From: an uncultured Erysipelotrichaceae bacterium
GTDB taxonomy: Bacteria; Bacillota_I; Bacilli_A; Erysipelotrichales; Erysipelotrichaceae
Direction of reading: 5' to 3'
DNA: 28,938 nucleotides
Assembly: GCA_964643535.1 (NCBI GenBank)
Contig: CAZXTB010000001.1
Location: 2,260-31,197, forward strand
Shown: positions 1 through 6,877 of the stretch, one piece after another
Layout: each line of letters begins with the position of its first letter
Numbering within the stretch: the stretch's first letter is position 1
Notes under the pieces: generated by a model
Database searches by the model: none
What the model was told of the DNA's origin: nothing
Seen by the model: only the letters and a program-made list of their open reading frames with translations
Translations under genes and position numbers: made by a program

Positions 1-210
1 CTTAGAAAGGCCAAACACCTTGCGCCTTATGTATTGGCCATCATCCCTATTTCTTACCTATCAGGAAGTATTGGTTTGAAACTTGAAGGGGTTCAGGCAG
101 AATCCTCCTTCTATGGGAAGTATATGATGTTGGTTTATTTGGGATTATGTATTATCTTCGCTTCCTACTATTTTATATCCGTTTATATAGAAAAAAGTTC
201 TAAAAAGTAA
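1..210 (+). CDS. 3' end of a membrane protein (partial, start upstream of window)
   Basis: Frame 1 is open from base 1 to TAA at 208-210 (LRKAKHLAPYVLAIIPISYL...YMMLVYLGLCIIFASYYFISVYIEKSSKK*). It has two hydrophobic stretches and is followed directly by a terminator. Confidence 0.75.
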   Translation, partial: LRKAKHLAPYVLAIIPISYLSGSIGLKLEGVQAESSFYGKYMMLVYLGLCIIFASYYFISVYIEKSSKK

Positions 211-215
211 CGCTT

Positions 216-242
216 AAGCCATCATGAGAATGATGGCTTTTT
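216..242 (+). terminator. Rho-independent terminator
   Basis: Perfect 10-bp stem AAGCCATCAT / ATGATGGCTT with a GAGA tetraloop and a T run, 5 nt after the stop at 210. Confidence 0.9.
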
Positions 243-322
243 GTATCTTTCTTTCTGTGAAAAAAGTTATGTTTAGATTATTCTCTTTTATGCTTCTTTT
301 CATATACAATGAAAGAGAAACC

Positions 323-1513
323 ATGATTAAACGAGAAAATATTCTTAAAAACTTAAGGAATCAGATTAAAGTTCATCATCATATTTTGGGGGTGGCTTTA
401 GGATCTGGATTAACCGCTAAATACGCTGAAGAAGGCGGAGCGGATTTTTTACTTGCGTTGAACTCAGGAAAATACAGACAACTTGGGAGAGGTTCAATTG
501 CTGGTTACCTAGCTTTTGAAGATTGTAATGGACTCGTATTAAATTTCGGAACTCGAGAGATCATGCCCCTTATTAAAAATATCCCGTTGATTTTTGGTTT
601 GAATGCGACAGATCCTATGATCAATCTAGAGACTTATATCGAGTATATTCAGTCTAAAGGCTTTGATGGGATCAATAATTATCCATCAGTTGGTCTTATC
701 GATGGTCAATTCGGAGAAGCATTAGAAGAGGAAGGTATTCGTTTTGAGACTGAAGTTGAAGCGATAAGGATCGCTCATGAACGTGATATGTTTACAGTAG
801 CTTTCGTCTTTAATGAGAAACAAGCGGTTCAAATGGCTAAAGCTGGTGCAGATGTGGTTTGTGCTCATCTTGGATTTACGATAGGTGGTAGTTTAGGTGT
901 TAAGAAGATTTTATCTTTAGAAAGTGCAAAGAAAGATATACAAAAGATGTTTGAAGCCTGTGACTCAGTATCGACAAACATTATAAAAGTTATTTATGGG
1001 GGTCCTGTTAAAACACCACTCGATGTCCAATACATGTATAACAACACCTCAGCTCATGGCTATATTGGTGGTTCAGCCATCGAAAGAATTCCGCTTGAAT
1101 CTTCCATCAAAGACATCACAAGAGCTTTCAAAACCTCAGGTACAGTTCAAGAAGATGATTCAATGATCAAGATGTTGGATGGGATAAACAAGCACTACAA
1201 TTATGCGGAGTTTGTGATGAAGTACATTGCGGAGCACTATCATGATGATATTTCACTTGAAGATCTGGCTCGTGTTGCTCATATCTCTGTCAATTACTTA
1301 AGCACCCTTTTTAAAAAAGAAGTAGGGAATAGTTTTAAGACTTATCTGGTTCGATTTAGAATTGAGAAAGCGGTAGACATTTTGAATGAAAAAGATATTC
1401 CTCTATATGAAGTCGCGGAGATGGTGGGATACAACGACTACACACAATTCAGTAAAATGTTTAAGAAGGTAACGGGTCTAACTCCTAGAGATTTTATCAA
1501 TAAAGATAAATAG
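323..1513 (+). CDS. TIM-barrel (PEP-hydrolase-like / TIM-barrel signal transduction family) domain fused to a C-terminal AraC HTH; transcriptional regulator
   Basis: N-terminus GSGLTAKYAEEGGAD...NSGKYR...GRGS...NYPSVGLIDG is clearly paralogous to 2918-3748. C-terminus SLEDLARVAHISVNYLSTLFKK...VAEMVGYNDYTQFSKMFKK is a typical AraC double HTH. Start moved from 224 (inside the terminator stem) to ATG 323, preceded by GAAAGAG. Confidence 0.88.
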   Translation: MIKRENILKNLRNQIKVHHHILGVALGSGLTAKYAEEGGADFLLALNSGKYRQLGRGSIAGYLAFEDCNGLVLNFGTREIMPLIKNIPLIFGLNATDPMINLETYIEYIQSKGFDGINNYPSVGLIDGQFGEALEEEGIRFETEVEAIRIAHERDMFTVAFVFNEKQAVQMAKAGADVVCAHLGFTIGGSLGVKKILSLESAKKDIQKMFEACDSVSTNIIKVIYGGPVKTPLDVQYMYNNTSAHGYIGGSAIERIPLESSIKDITRAFKTSGTVQEDDSMIKMLDGINKHYNYAEFVMKYIAEHYHDDISLEDLARVAHISVNYLSTLFKKEVGNSFKTYLVRFRIEKAVDILNEKDIPLYEVAEMVGYNDYTQFSKMFKKVTGLTPRDFINKDK

Positions 1514-1679
1514 ACTATATTTTTTCTCGTTTAGTAGGTAAACCCAAGCATTTCGTTGATAAACACATATACAATACCAAATGAAACCAGTACATTGATA
1601 ATGAAGATACAGTACTGTTTTTTTAGGACTTGGTTCACTGATCTGATCAATCAAGAACCCAAACGAAAGGAGTCTTTGA

Positions 1680-2906
1680 ATGAAGACTGTAGCCTTAGTA
1701 GGTACCTTTGATTCTAAAGGGGTAGAGTATGCTTACGTTAAGAAAATCATAGAGAATCTTGGATTAAAGACGTTTACCGTTCACATGGGGGTTTTCGAAC
1801 CATTGTTTACGCCTGATGTTTCTAATGCGGAAGTTGCTAAAGCAGCTGGCGTAGACATCAACGAAATCGTTGCGAAGAAAGATCGTGGTTGGGCAACTGA
1901 AGTCTTGTCTAAAGGTATGGAAATTATAATTCCTCAGTTATATAAAGAAGGAAAATTCGATGGGATTCTAGCGTTTGGTGGATCAGGTGGAACTTCCATC
2001 GCGACCCCTGGTATGAGAGCCTTACCTATTGGTGTTCCTAAAGTAATGGTTTCAACGGTAGCCTCTGGGAATACTGAACAATATGTAGGAACCAGTGATA
2101 TCGTTATGATGCCTTCAGTCGTCGATGTATCTGGGATCAATTCTCTTTCGACGAAAATCTTTACGAATGCAGCCTTTGCGATCGCAGGGATGGTCAGTTT
2201 TGAAAATAAAACTGTCGTTGAGAAAAAACCTTTAATCGCGGCGACGATGTTTGGGGTTACTACTCCTTGTGTCAATTTCGCTCGTGAATATATGGAAGCT
2301 CGTGGATATGAAGTCTTGGTTTTCCATGCGACTGGTACTGGCGGAAAATCAATGGAAGCTTTGATCAGTTCTGGATTCTTTGAAGGTGTCTTAGATCTAA
2401 CCACAACCGAATGGGCAGATGAAATCATCGGCGGTGTATTAGCTGCGGGACCTCATCGTTCAGAAGCAGCAGCGCTTCTTAATATTCCTCAAGTCGTTTC
2501 AGTAGGAGCTTTGGATATGTGTAATTTTGGGGCTTATGATACTGTGCCTGCTAAATTCGCAGGACGTATACTGTATAAACATAATCCAACCGTTACACTC
2601 ATGAGAACAATCGAATCAGAAAATGTTTTGTTCGGTAAGAAACTTGCTGAAAAACTAAATATGGCTAAGGCATATACCACCTTGATGCTTCCTTTAAAAG
2701 GCGTCTCGATGATCGATGCGGAAGGTCAACCTTTCTATAGTAAAGAAGCTGATGAAGCTTTATTCAATGAATTACGCAAAGGTGTTAATAGAAACGTTGT
2801 TAAACTAGAAGAATATGATTTACATATCAACGATAAGGAATTTGCTGAAAAAGCGGCTCAAAATCTTATCGATTTAATGAAAGCAAAAGCAGCAGAAACA
2901 AAATAA
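1680..2906 (+). CDS. UPF0261 / Tm-1-like ATP-binding domain protein
   Basis: Motifs [74 protein letters not shown] and HIND are characteristic of UPF0261. SD AAAGGAG at 1666-1672. Confidence 0.9.
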   Translation: MKTVALVGTFDSKGVEYAYVKKIIENLGLKTFTVHMGVFEPLFTPDVSNAEVAKAAGVDINEIVAKKDRGWATEVLSKGMEIIIPQLYKEGKFDGILAFGGSGGTSIATPGMRALPIGVPKVMVSTVASGNTEQYVGTSDIVMMPSVVDVSGINSLSTKIFTNAAFAIAGMVSFENKTVVEKKPLIAATMFGVTTPCVNFAREYMEARGYEVLVFHATGTGGKSMEALISSGFFEGVLDLTTTEWADEIIGGVLAAGPHRSEAAALLNIPQVVSVGALDMCNFGAYDTVPAKFAGRILYKHNPTVTLMRTIESENVLFGKKLAEKLNMAKAYTTLMLPLKGVSMIDAEGQPFYSKEADEALFNELRKGVNRNVVKLEEYDLHINDKEFAEKAAQNLIDLMKAKAAETK

Positions 2907-2917
2907 AGGGGAATCAT

Positions 2918-3748
2918 ATGAACACGATGTCTAGAACAGAAATTATGGCGATGTATCGCAAGCAAATCGCTGAAGGCGAGATTCTGCTTGGGGTTGGAGC
3001 TGGTACAGGTATAACCGCAAAATTTAGTGAAAAGGGTGGCGCCGATATGTTGATCATTTATAATTCTGGTCGATATAGAATGGCAGGAAGAGGCTCTTTG
3101 GCAGGACTCATGGCGTATGGAGATGCGAATAAAATCGTAGTCGAAATGGCGGCAGAAGTTTTACCTGTTGTTGTTGATACCCCAGTTCTTGCGGGTGTTA
3201 ATGGGACAGATCCGTTTAGAGTCATGGAAGTCTTCTTGAAAGAACTCAAAGAAATGGGTTTTAGTGGAGTTCAAAATTTCCCAACTGTTGGCTTGATTGA
3301 TGGTGTCTTCCGTCAGAACTTGGAAGAAACAGGAATGGGATATGGTTTGGAAGTCAATATGATCCGTAAAGCTCATGAACTTGACTTACTGACCACACCT
3401 TATGTATTTGATGAAAAACAAGCTGTACAAATGGCTGAGGCCGGTGCTGATATCTTGGTCGCCCACATGGGCTTGACTACCAAGGGAACCATTGGTGCTC
3501 ATACCGCTTTGACGCTTGATGACTGTGTTGCTCGTATTGAGAAGATCATAAAGGCAGGACGTGAGGTCAATCCAAACATCCTAGTCATCGCTCATGGGGG
3601 TCCTATTGCGGAACCAGATGATGCAGCTTATGTCATCTCAAAAACCAAAGGAATCAATGGTTTCTTCGGTGCATCAAGTATTGAACGCTTTGCGGCTGAA
3701 GTTGGGATAAAATCCCAAACTGAAGCATTTAAAAAAATCACTTTTTAA
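2918..3748 (+). CDS. Phosphoenolpyruvate hydrolase-like TIM-barrel protein (TIM-barrel signal transduction family)
   Basis: [57 protein letters not shown] and [10 protein letters not shown]. Starts 11 nt after the UPF0261 stop; SD AAAGGGG. Confidence 0.9.
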   Translation: MNTMSRTEIMAMYRKQIAEGEILLGVGAGTGITAKFSEKGGADMLIIYNSGRYRMAGRGSLAGLMAYGDANKIVVEMAAEVLPVVVDTPVLAGVNGTDPFRVMEVFLKELKEMGFSGVQNFPTVGLIDGVFRQNLEETGMGYGLEVNMIRKAHELDLLTTPYVFDEKQAVQMAEAGADILVAHMGLTTKGTIGAHTALTLDDCVARIEKIIKAGREVNPNILVIAHGGPIAEPDDAAYVISKTKGINGFFGASSIERFAAEVGIKSQTEAFKKITF

Positions 3749-3760
3749 AGGAAAAACAAA

Positions 3761-4201
3761 ATGAAAAATATTAAACTAGCCATCGTCGTTGGACTTTTAG
3801 CCGGCGGTTGGGCATACTTTGCTTTAACAGTGGGAAAAATTGGGGATATTACCTTATATGCTTGGCCAGTCTTCTTATCATGGGCTTTATTCTTCGCAGC
3901 AGGGGCAAACCTAGAAGCTGTAAAAAAAGTATCTATTTCTCAAGTATGGGGTATTGCTTGGGGTTGGTTATCTGTTACGATCGGAATTGAAGTTCTTGGC
4001 GGAAGTTTAGGCGTTCCACTAGGTGTTGGCTTAGCCGTTATGGTTTTGGCAGCTCTGATCGTTATCTTGATGACTGACGTCAAATTCTTATCCTTTGGAC
4101 CTGGCGCATTTGCGGCTTGGGCTGTCTTCTTTGGAACAGGTTTTGATACAGTGAGTGCTTTGTTGATGCTGTTGGTAGGTGTCTTGTTCGGTTATTTATA
4201 A
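3761..4201 (+). CDS. DUF1097 (YcdZ-like) small membrane protein, probably C-terminally truncated by a nonsense codon (natural end likely 4237)
   Basis: Very hydrophobic, with FLSWALFFAAG and LSFGPGAFAAWAVFFG motifs typical of DUF1097. The frame continues past TAA 4199-4201 as VTITGMISKKS to TAA 4235-4237. Confidence 0.7.
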   Translation: MKNIKLAIVVGLLAGGWAYFALTVGKIGDITLYAWPVFLSWALFFAAGANLEAVKKVSISQVWGIAWGWLSVTIGIEVLGGSLGVPLGVGLAVMVLAALIVILMTDVKFLSFGPGAFAAWAVFFGTGFDTVSALLMLLVGVLFGYL

Positions 4202-4285
4202 GTCACGATTACAGGGATGATCAGTAAAAAGTCATAATTTTAAGTACTAAAGATTGATTTCGGTTTTCAAGAAACGGAGATTCAA

Positions 4286-5575
4286 ATGAGTCACGATGTA
4301 GTAAAAACGGATAAGATGTCTTGGGTATTAGATCCTAATGAAGAGATGTTAGGTCCACTAAAAGATGGTGGAACGATTATTGCTTTGACTTCCCCTGGTT
4401 GTTGGGGTCCTATGATTACTCCAGATTTCGCCAGTGGTCATGAAACCACAAAGCCTATCTATATTGAAGGGGCTGAAGTAGGCGATGCGGTCGCTTTATA
4501 TATTCAGGATATTAAAATTCTAGCCAAGGCTACTGTTTCTGGTATTGATGAAGCCATACCTGGGTTCTTTAATGGGGATCCATTTGTAGCGCCTCGTTGT
4601 CCTGTTTGTGATGTTGTTAATCCAAAAACCTATATTGAAGGTACTGGAGAAAAGAGTATTCGTTGTGCTAAATGTCACAATCCTGTAACACCTTTTAGAA
4701 TCAAATCAGGATATACAATGGTGTTTGATGATAAACAAGAAGTGGGGATTACAGTAGGCAAAGAAGCATGTGAAGACATTGCTAAAAATGCTTATGAATA
4801 TGCTCATCTTCCAGTAGAATCAAAACAATACCCAGCTAATTTGTATGCTAAATGCGATCTAGAAGGCGTTATCACTCGTATGCGTCCCATGATTGGTAAT
4901 ATGGGTTCATGTCCTTCAACCAAAATTCCTTCATCGCATAACGCAGGCGATTTTGGGGCTTTCCTAGTTGGGGCTCCTCATGAATATGGAATTGATGAAA
5001 AACTCTTGCTTCAACATAAAACAGATGGTCATATGGATGCTGATGAAGTTAGAAAAGGCGCCATCTTAATCGTTCCTGTAAAAGTTAAGGGTGCTGGTAT
5101 CTATATTGCTGACGTTCATGCTATGCAAGGTGATGGTGAAATCGCTGGGCATACAACAGACGTAAGTGCTGAAGTTACTTTAAAAGTAGAAATTATTAAA
5201 GGCTTAAAGATGGATGGACCTATCTTGCTTCCTAACGCAGAAGATCTACCTTTCTTAGCTAGACCTTATGATCAAAAAACACTTGATACTGCAAGAGCTT
5301 TAGCCAAAGAATTCAATACAAAACTCATGAATGATGTCTATCCTATGCAAGTAATTGGAACAGGCGCCAATATGGACGCAGCTGTAAACAGTGGATTGCA
5401 GAGAATGGCTGATCTATTGGGTGAAAGTGTTGATGTCGTTCGTAACCGTGTCACAATCAGTGGTTCAGTTAGTATTTCTAGAATGCCTGGTGTTGCACAA
5501 ATTACAGCGTTAGTACCAGCTTCCAGATTGAAAGAACTAAAGATTGAACATTTATACAAAGGTATGTATCGTTAA
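4286..5575 (+). CDS. Acetamidase/formamidase (FmdA/AmdA) family metalloenzyme, long form with two CxxC motifs
   Basis: TKPIYIEGAEVGD, RPMIGNMG, HNAGDFG, DGHMD and ADVHAMQGDGEIAGH; CPVC (4598) and CAKC (4664). SD ACGGAG. Confidence 0.85.
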   Translation: MSHDVVKTDKMSWVLDPNEEMLGPLKDGGTIIALTSPGCWGPMITPDFASGHETTKPIYIEGAEVGDAVALYIQDIKILAKATVSGIDEAIPGFFNGDPFVAPRCPVCDVVNPKTYIEGTGEKSIRCAKCHNPVTPFRIKSGYTMVFDDKQEVGITVGKEACEDIAKNAYEYAHLPVESKQYPANLYAKCDLEGVITRMRPMIGNMGSCPSTKIPSSHNAGDFGAFLVGAPHEYGIDEKLLLQHKTDGHMDADEVRKGAILIVPVKVKGAGIYIADVHAMQGDGEIAGHTTDVSAEVTLKVEIIKGLKMDGPILLPNAEDLPFLARPYDQKTLDTARALAKEFNTKLMNDVYPMQVIGTGANMDAAVNSGLQRMADLLGESVDVVRNRVTISGSVSISRMPGVAQITALVPASRLKELKIEHLYKGMYR

Positions 5576-5597
5576 TTAGATTGGTTTAAAATGAACC

Positions 5598-5630
5598 AAA
5601 AGTAGACATTCATAATGGATGTCTACTTTT
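5598..5630 (+). terminator. Rho-independent terminator (potentially bidirectional) ending the amidase operon
   Basis: AAAAGTAGACATTCA-TAA-TGGATGTCTACTTTT: 15-bp stem with one G-U pair, A run before and T run after. Confidence 0.88.
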
Positions 5631-5693
5631 AGTTTTATATGTATGAAGTTTGCTTGAGGTTGATGAAAGAAGGGTTTTATTACCAAACTAATC

Positions 5694-5722
5694 TTGATAA
5701 TTATATCTCTATCGCTTATCAT
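5694..5722 (+). promoter_or_regulatory. sigmaA-like promoter of the pilin-LRR gene
   Basis: TTGATA (5694-5699), 17-nt spacer, TATCAT (5717-5722). Confidence 0.55.
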
Positions 5723-5819
5723 TAAAGAAGTTATAAAAAGTTCTCAACCAAAATCTAGTTGATGTTGAGATAATAAATATAAACCAATTGGTTTTAAATG
5801 AACGTAAGAGGAGTTTCCT

Positions 5820-6608
5820 GTGAAAAGTATAAAAAACAGTAGAGCTTTCACTTTAATAGAGTTAATCATAATCATGGCAATCATGGCCGTTTTAGCGACA
5901 ATATTCATTCCTGCAGTGACAGGGTATATCGATAAAGCTAATCTCTCTACAGACATTGCCAATTTAAGATCACTCAATAGTGTAAGCCAACTCTATCGAT
6001 TTGAATCCAATCCAATCACAGAGGATCTTTTTTCAGGACTAACATCAGATACAGCGCGTATGAATGCGTTGATCACCAACGACTATTTATCAGAAGCAGT
6101 TGTTCCTAAACAAAAAGATGTTTACTTTACATGGAAAACAGATACTCAACAATGGATGATGGAAAACTCAAAAACTCCAAGTAGTTTACCTGGTGTTACG
6201 ATGGGAACCGGTGGTCATAAAGGATATATTAAAGGATCATATACAGGATCTGAAATGGATCTTGTGATGCCGCTTACTTTAGATGGGGTCAACATTACCA
6301 ATGTCTATCAAGATGTCTTTAGAGGTAAAGGATTAACCTCTTTGTATTTTGATCCTGCGAGTTTAATCATTGAGATCCATGCCCGTGCTTTCTTAAGCAA
6401 CAATCTAACTGAGATCAGTCTTCCTAATTCTGTTAAGAAAATAGACTATGCTGCCTTTAGTGATAATCCGATCACGAAGATCACCATTGGTTCTAATGTT
6501 ACTTTTGAAGGCAATGTGATAAGAAACAGTAACCTTTTCAGAGATACCTATTATGCTCAGGGTCCAGGCACTTATTTATTCATCAATGGAGCTTGGGTTA
6601 AACAATAA
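5820..6608 (+). CDS. Type IV pilin-like protein (class III signal peptide) with C-terminal BspA-type leucine-rich repeats
   Basis: GTG start with SD GAGGAG (5808-5813). KNSRA|FTLIELIIIMAIMAVLATIFIP is a prepilin motif. The C-terminus has LRR_5-like units (AFLSNNLTEISLPNSVKKIDYAAFSDNPITKITIGSNV). Confidence 0.85.
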   Translation: MKSIKNSRAFTLIELIIIMAIMAVLATIFIPAVTGYIDKANLSTDIANLRSLNSVSQLYRFESNPITEDLFSGLTSDTARMNALITNDYLSEAVVPKQKDVYFTWKTDTQQWMMENSKTPSSLPGVTMGTGGHKGYIKGSYTGSEMDLVMPLTLDGVNITNVYQDVFRGKGLTSLYFDPASLIIEIHARAFLSNNLTEISLPNSVKKIDYAAFSDNPITKITIGSNVTFEGNVIRNSNLFRDTYYAQGPGTYLFINGAWVKQ

Positions 6609-6790
6609 GAAATGAGCACACATTGGAATTTTGAAACTGGGATAATCAATACCGATAGAACACTTTATACGAAATAATCTTCTTCAGAGGGTTTAATTCT
6701 AGTGCCCCTAGTATATTGTTTATGGTTTATCTCAAGATGAAAAAACTAAAGAATTAATCATCTCAAGAGTGGGGTCCTAATGGAGTCATC

Positions 6791-6819
6791 TTGATTAATT
6801 GAATCAAATCAGTTAAGAT
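6791..6819 (+). promoter_or_regulatory. Candidate sigmaA-like promoter upstream of tex
   Basis: TTGATT (6791-6796), 17-nt spacer, TAAGAT (6814-6819). Confidence 0.45.
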
Positions 6820-6832
6820 TTTAATGGACGTT

Positions 6833-6860
6833 AAGCAGAGTCCCTGACTTTGCTTTTTTT
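6833..6860 (+). terminator. Terminator-like hairpin immediately upstream of the tex SD
   Basis: AAGCAGAGTC-CCT-GACTTTGCTT (10 bp, one G-U pair) followed by a T run; ends 17 nt before the tex ATG. Confidence 0.75.
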
Positions 6861-6877
6861 ATCTCAAAGAGGAAACC

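Noticed and set aside
224-322. ORF-track N-terminal extension of the TIM-AraC regulator (MRMMAFCIF...)
   Set aside because: ATG 224 lies inside the upstream terminator stem and the extension is T-rich intergenic sequence; homology to the paralogue begins after ATG 323.
4199-4201. Alternative genetic code or programmed read-through at the in-frame TAA
   Set aside because: TAA, TAG and TGA all serve as normal stops for many genes in the window, and no read-through signal is evident; a point mutation or sequencing error is simpler.
1934-5977. Antisense or nested ORFs 1934-2428, 3058-3249, 3161-3376, 3808-3990, 5338-5559 and 5744-5977
   Set aside because: They overlap well-supported genes, have no recognisable motifs, and read as shadow translations of the coding strand.
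6612-6677. 21-codon ORF MSTHWNFETGIINTDRTLYTK after the pilin gene, as a possible leader peptide
   Set aside because: No SD and no run of regulatory codons; it ends far upstream of the terminator hairpin.
6684-6749. preQ1-I riboswitch resemblance (AGAGGG...TTCTAG...CCCCT and AAAAAACTAA tail)
   Set aside because: The A-rich tail is about 30 nt too far from the putative P1 stem, the loop does not match, and tex is not a queuosine gene. An Infernal scan would settle it.
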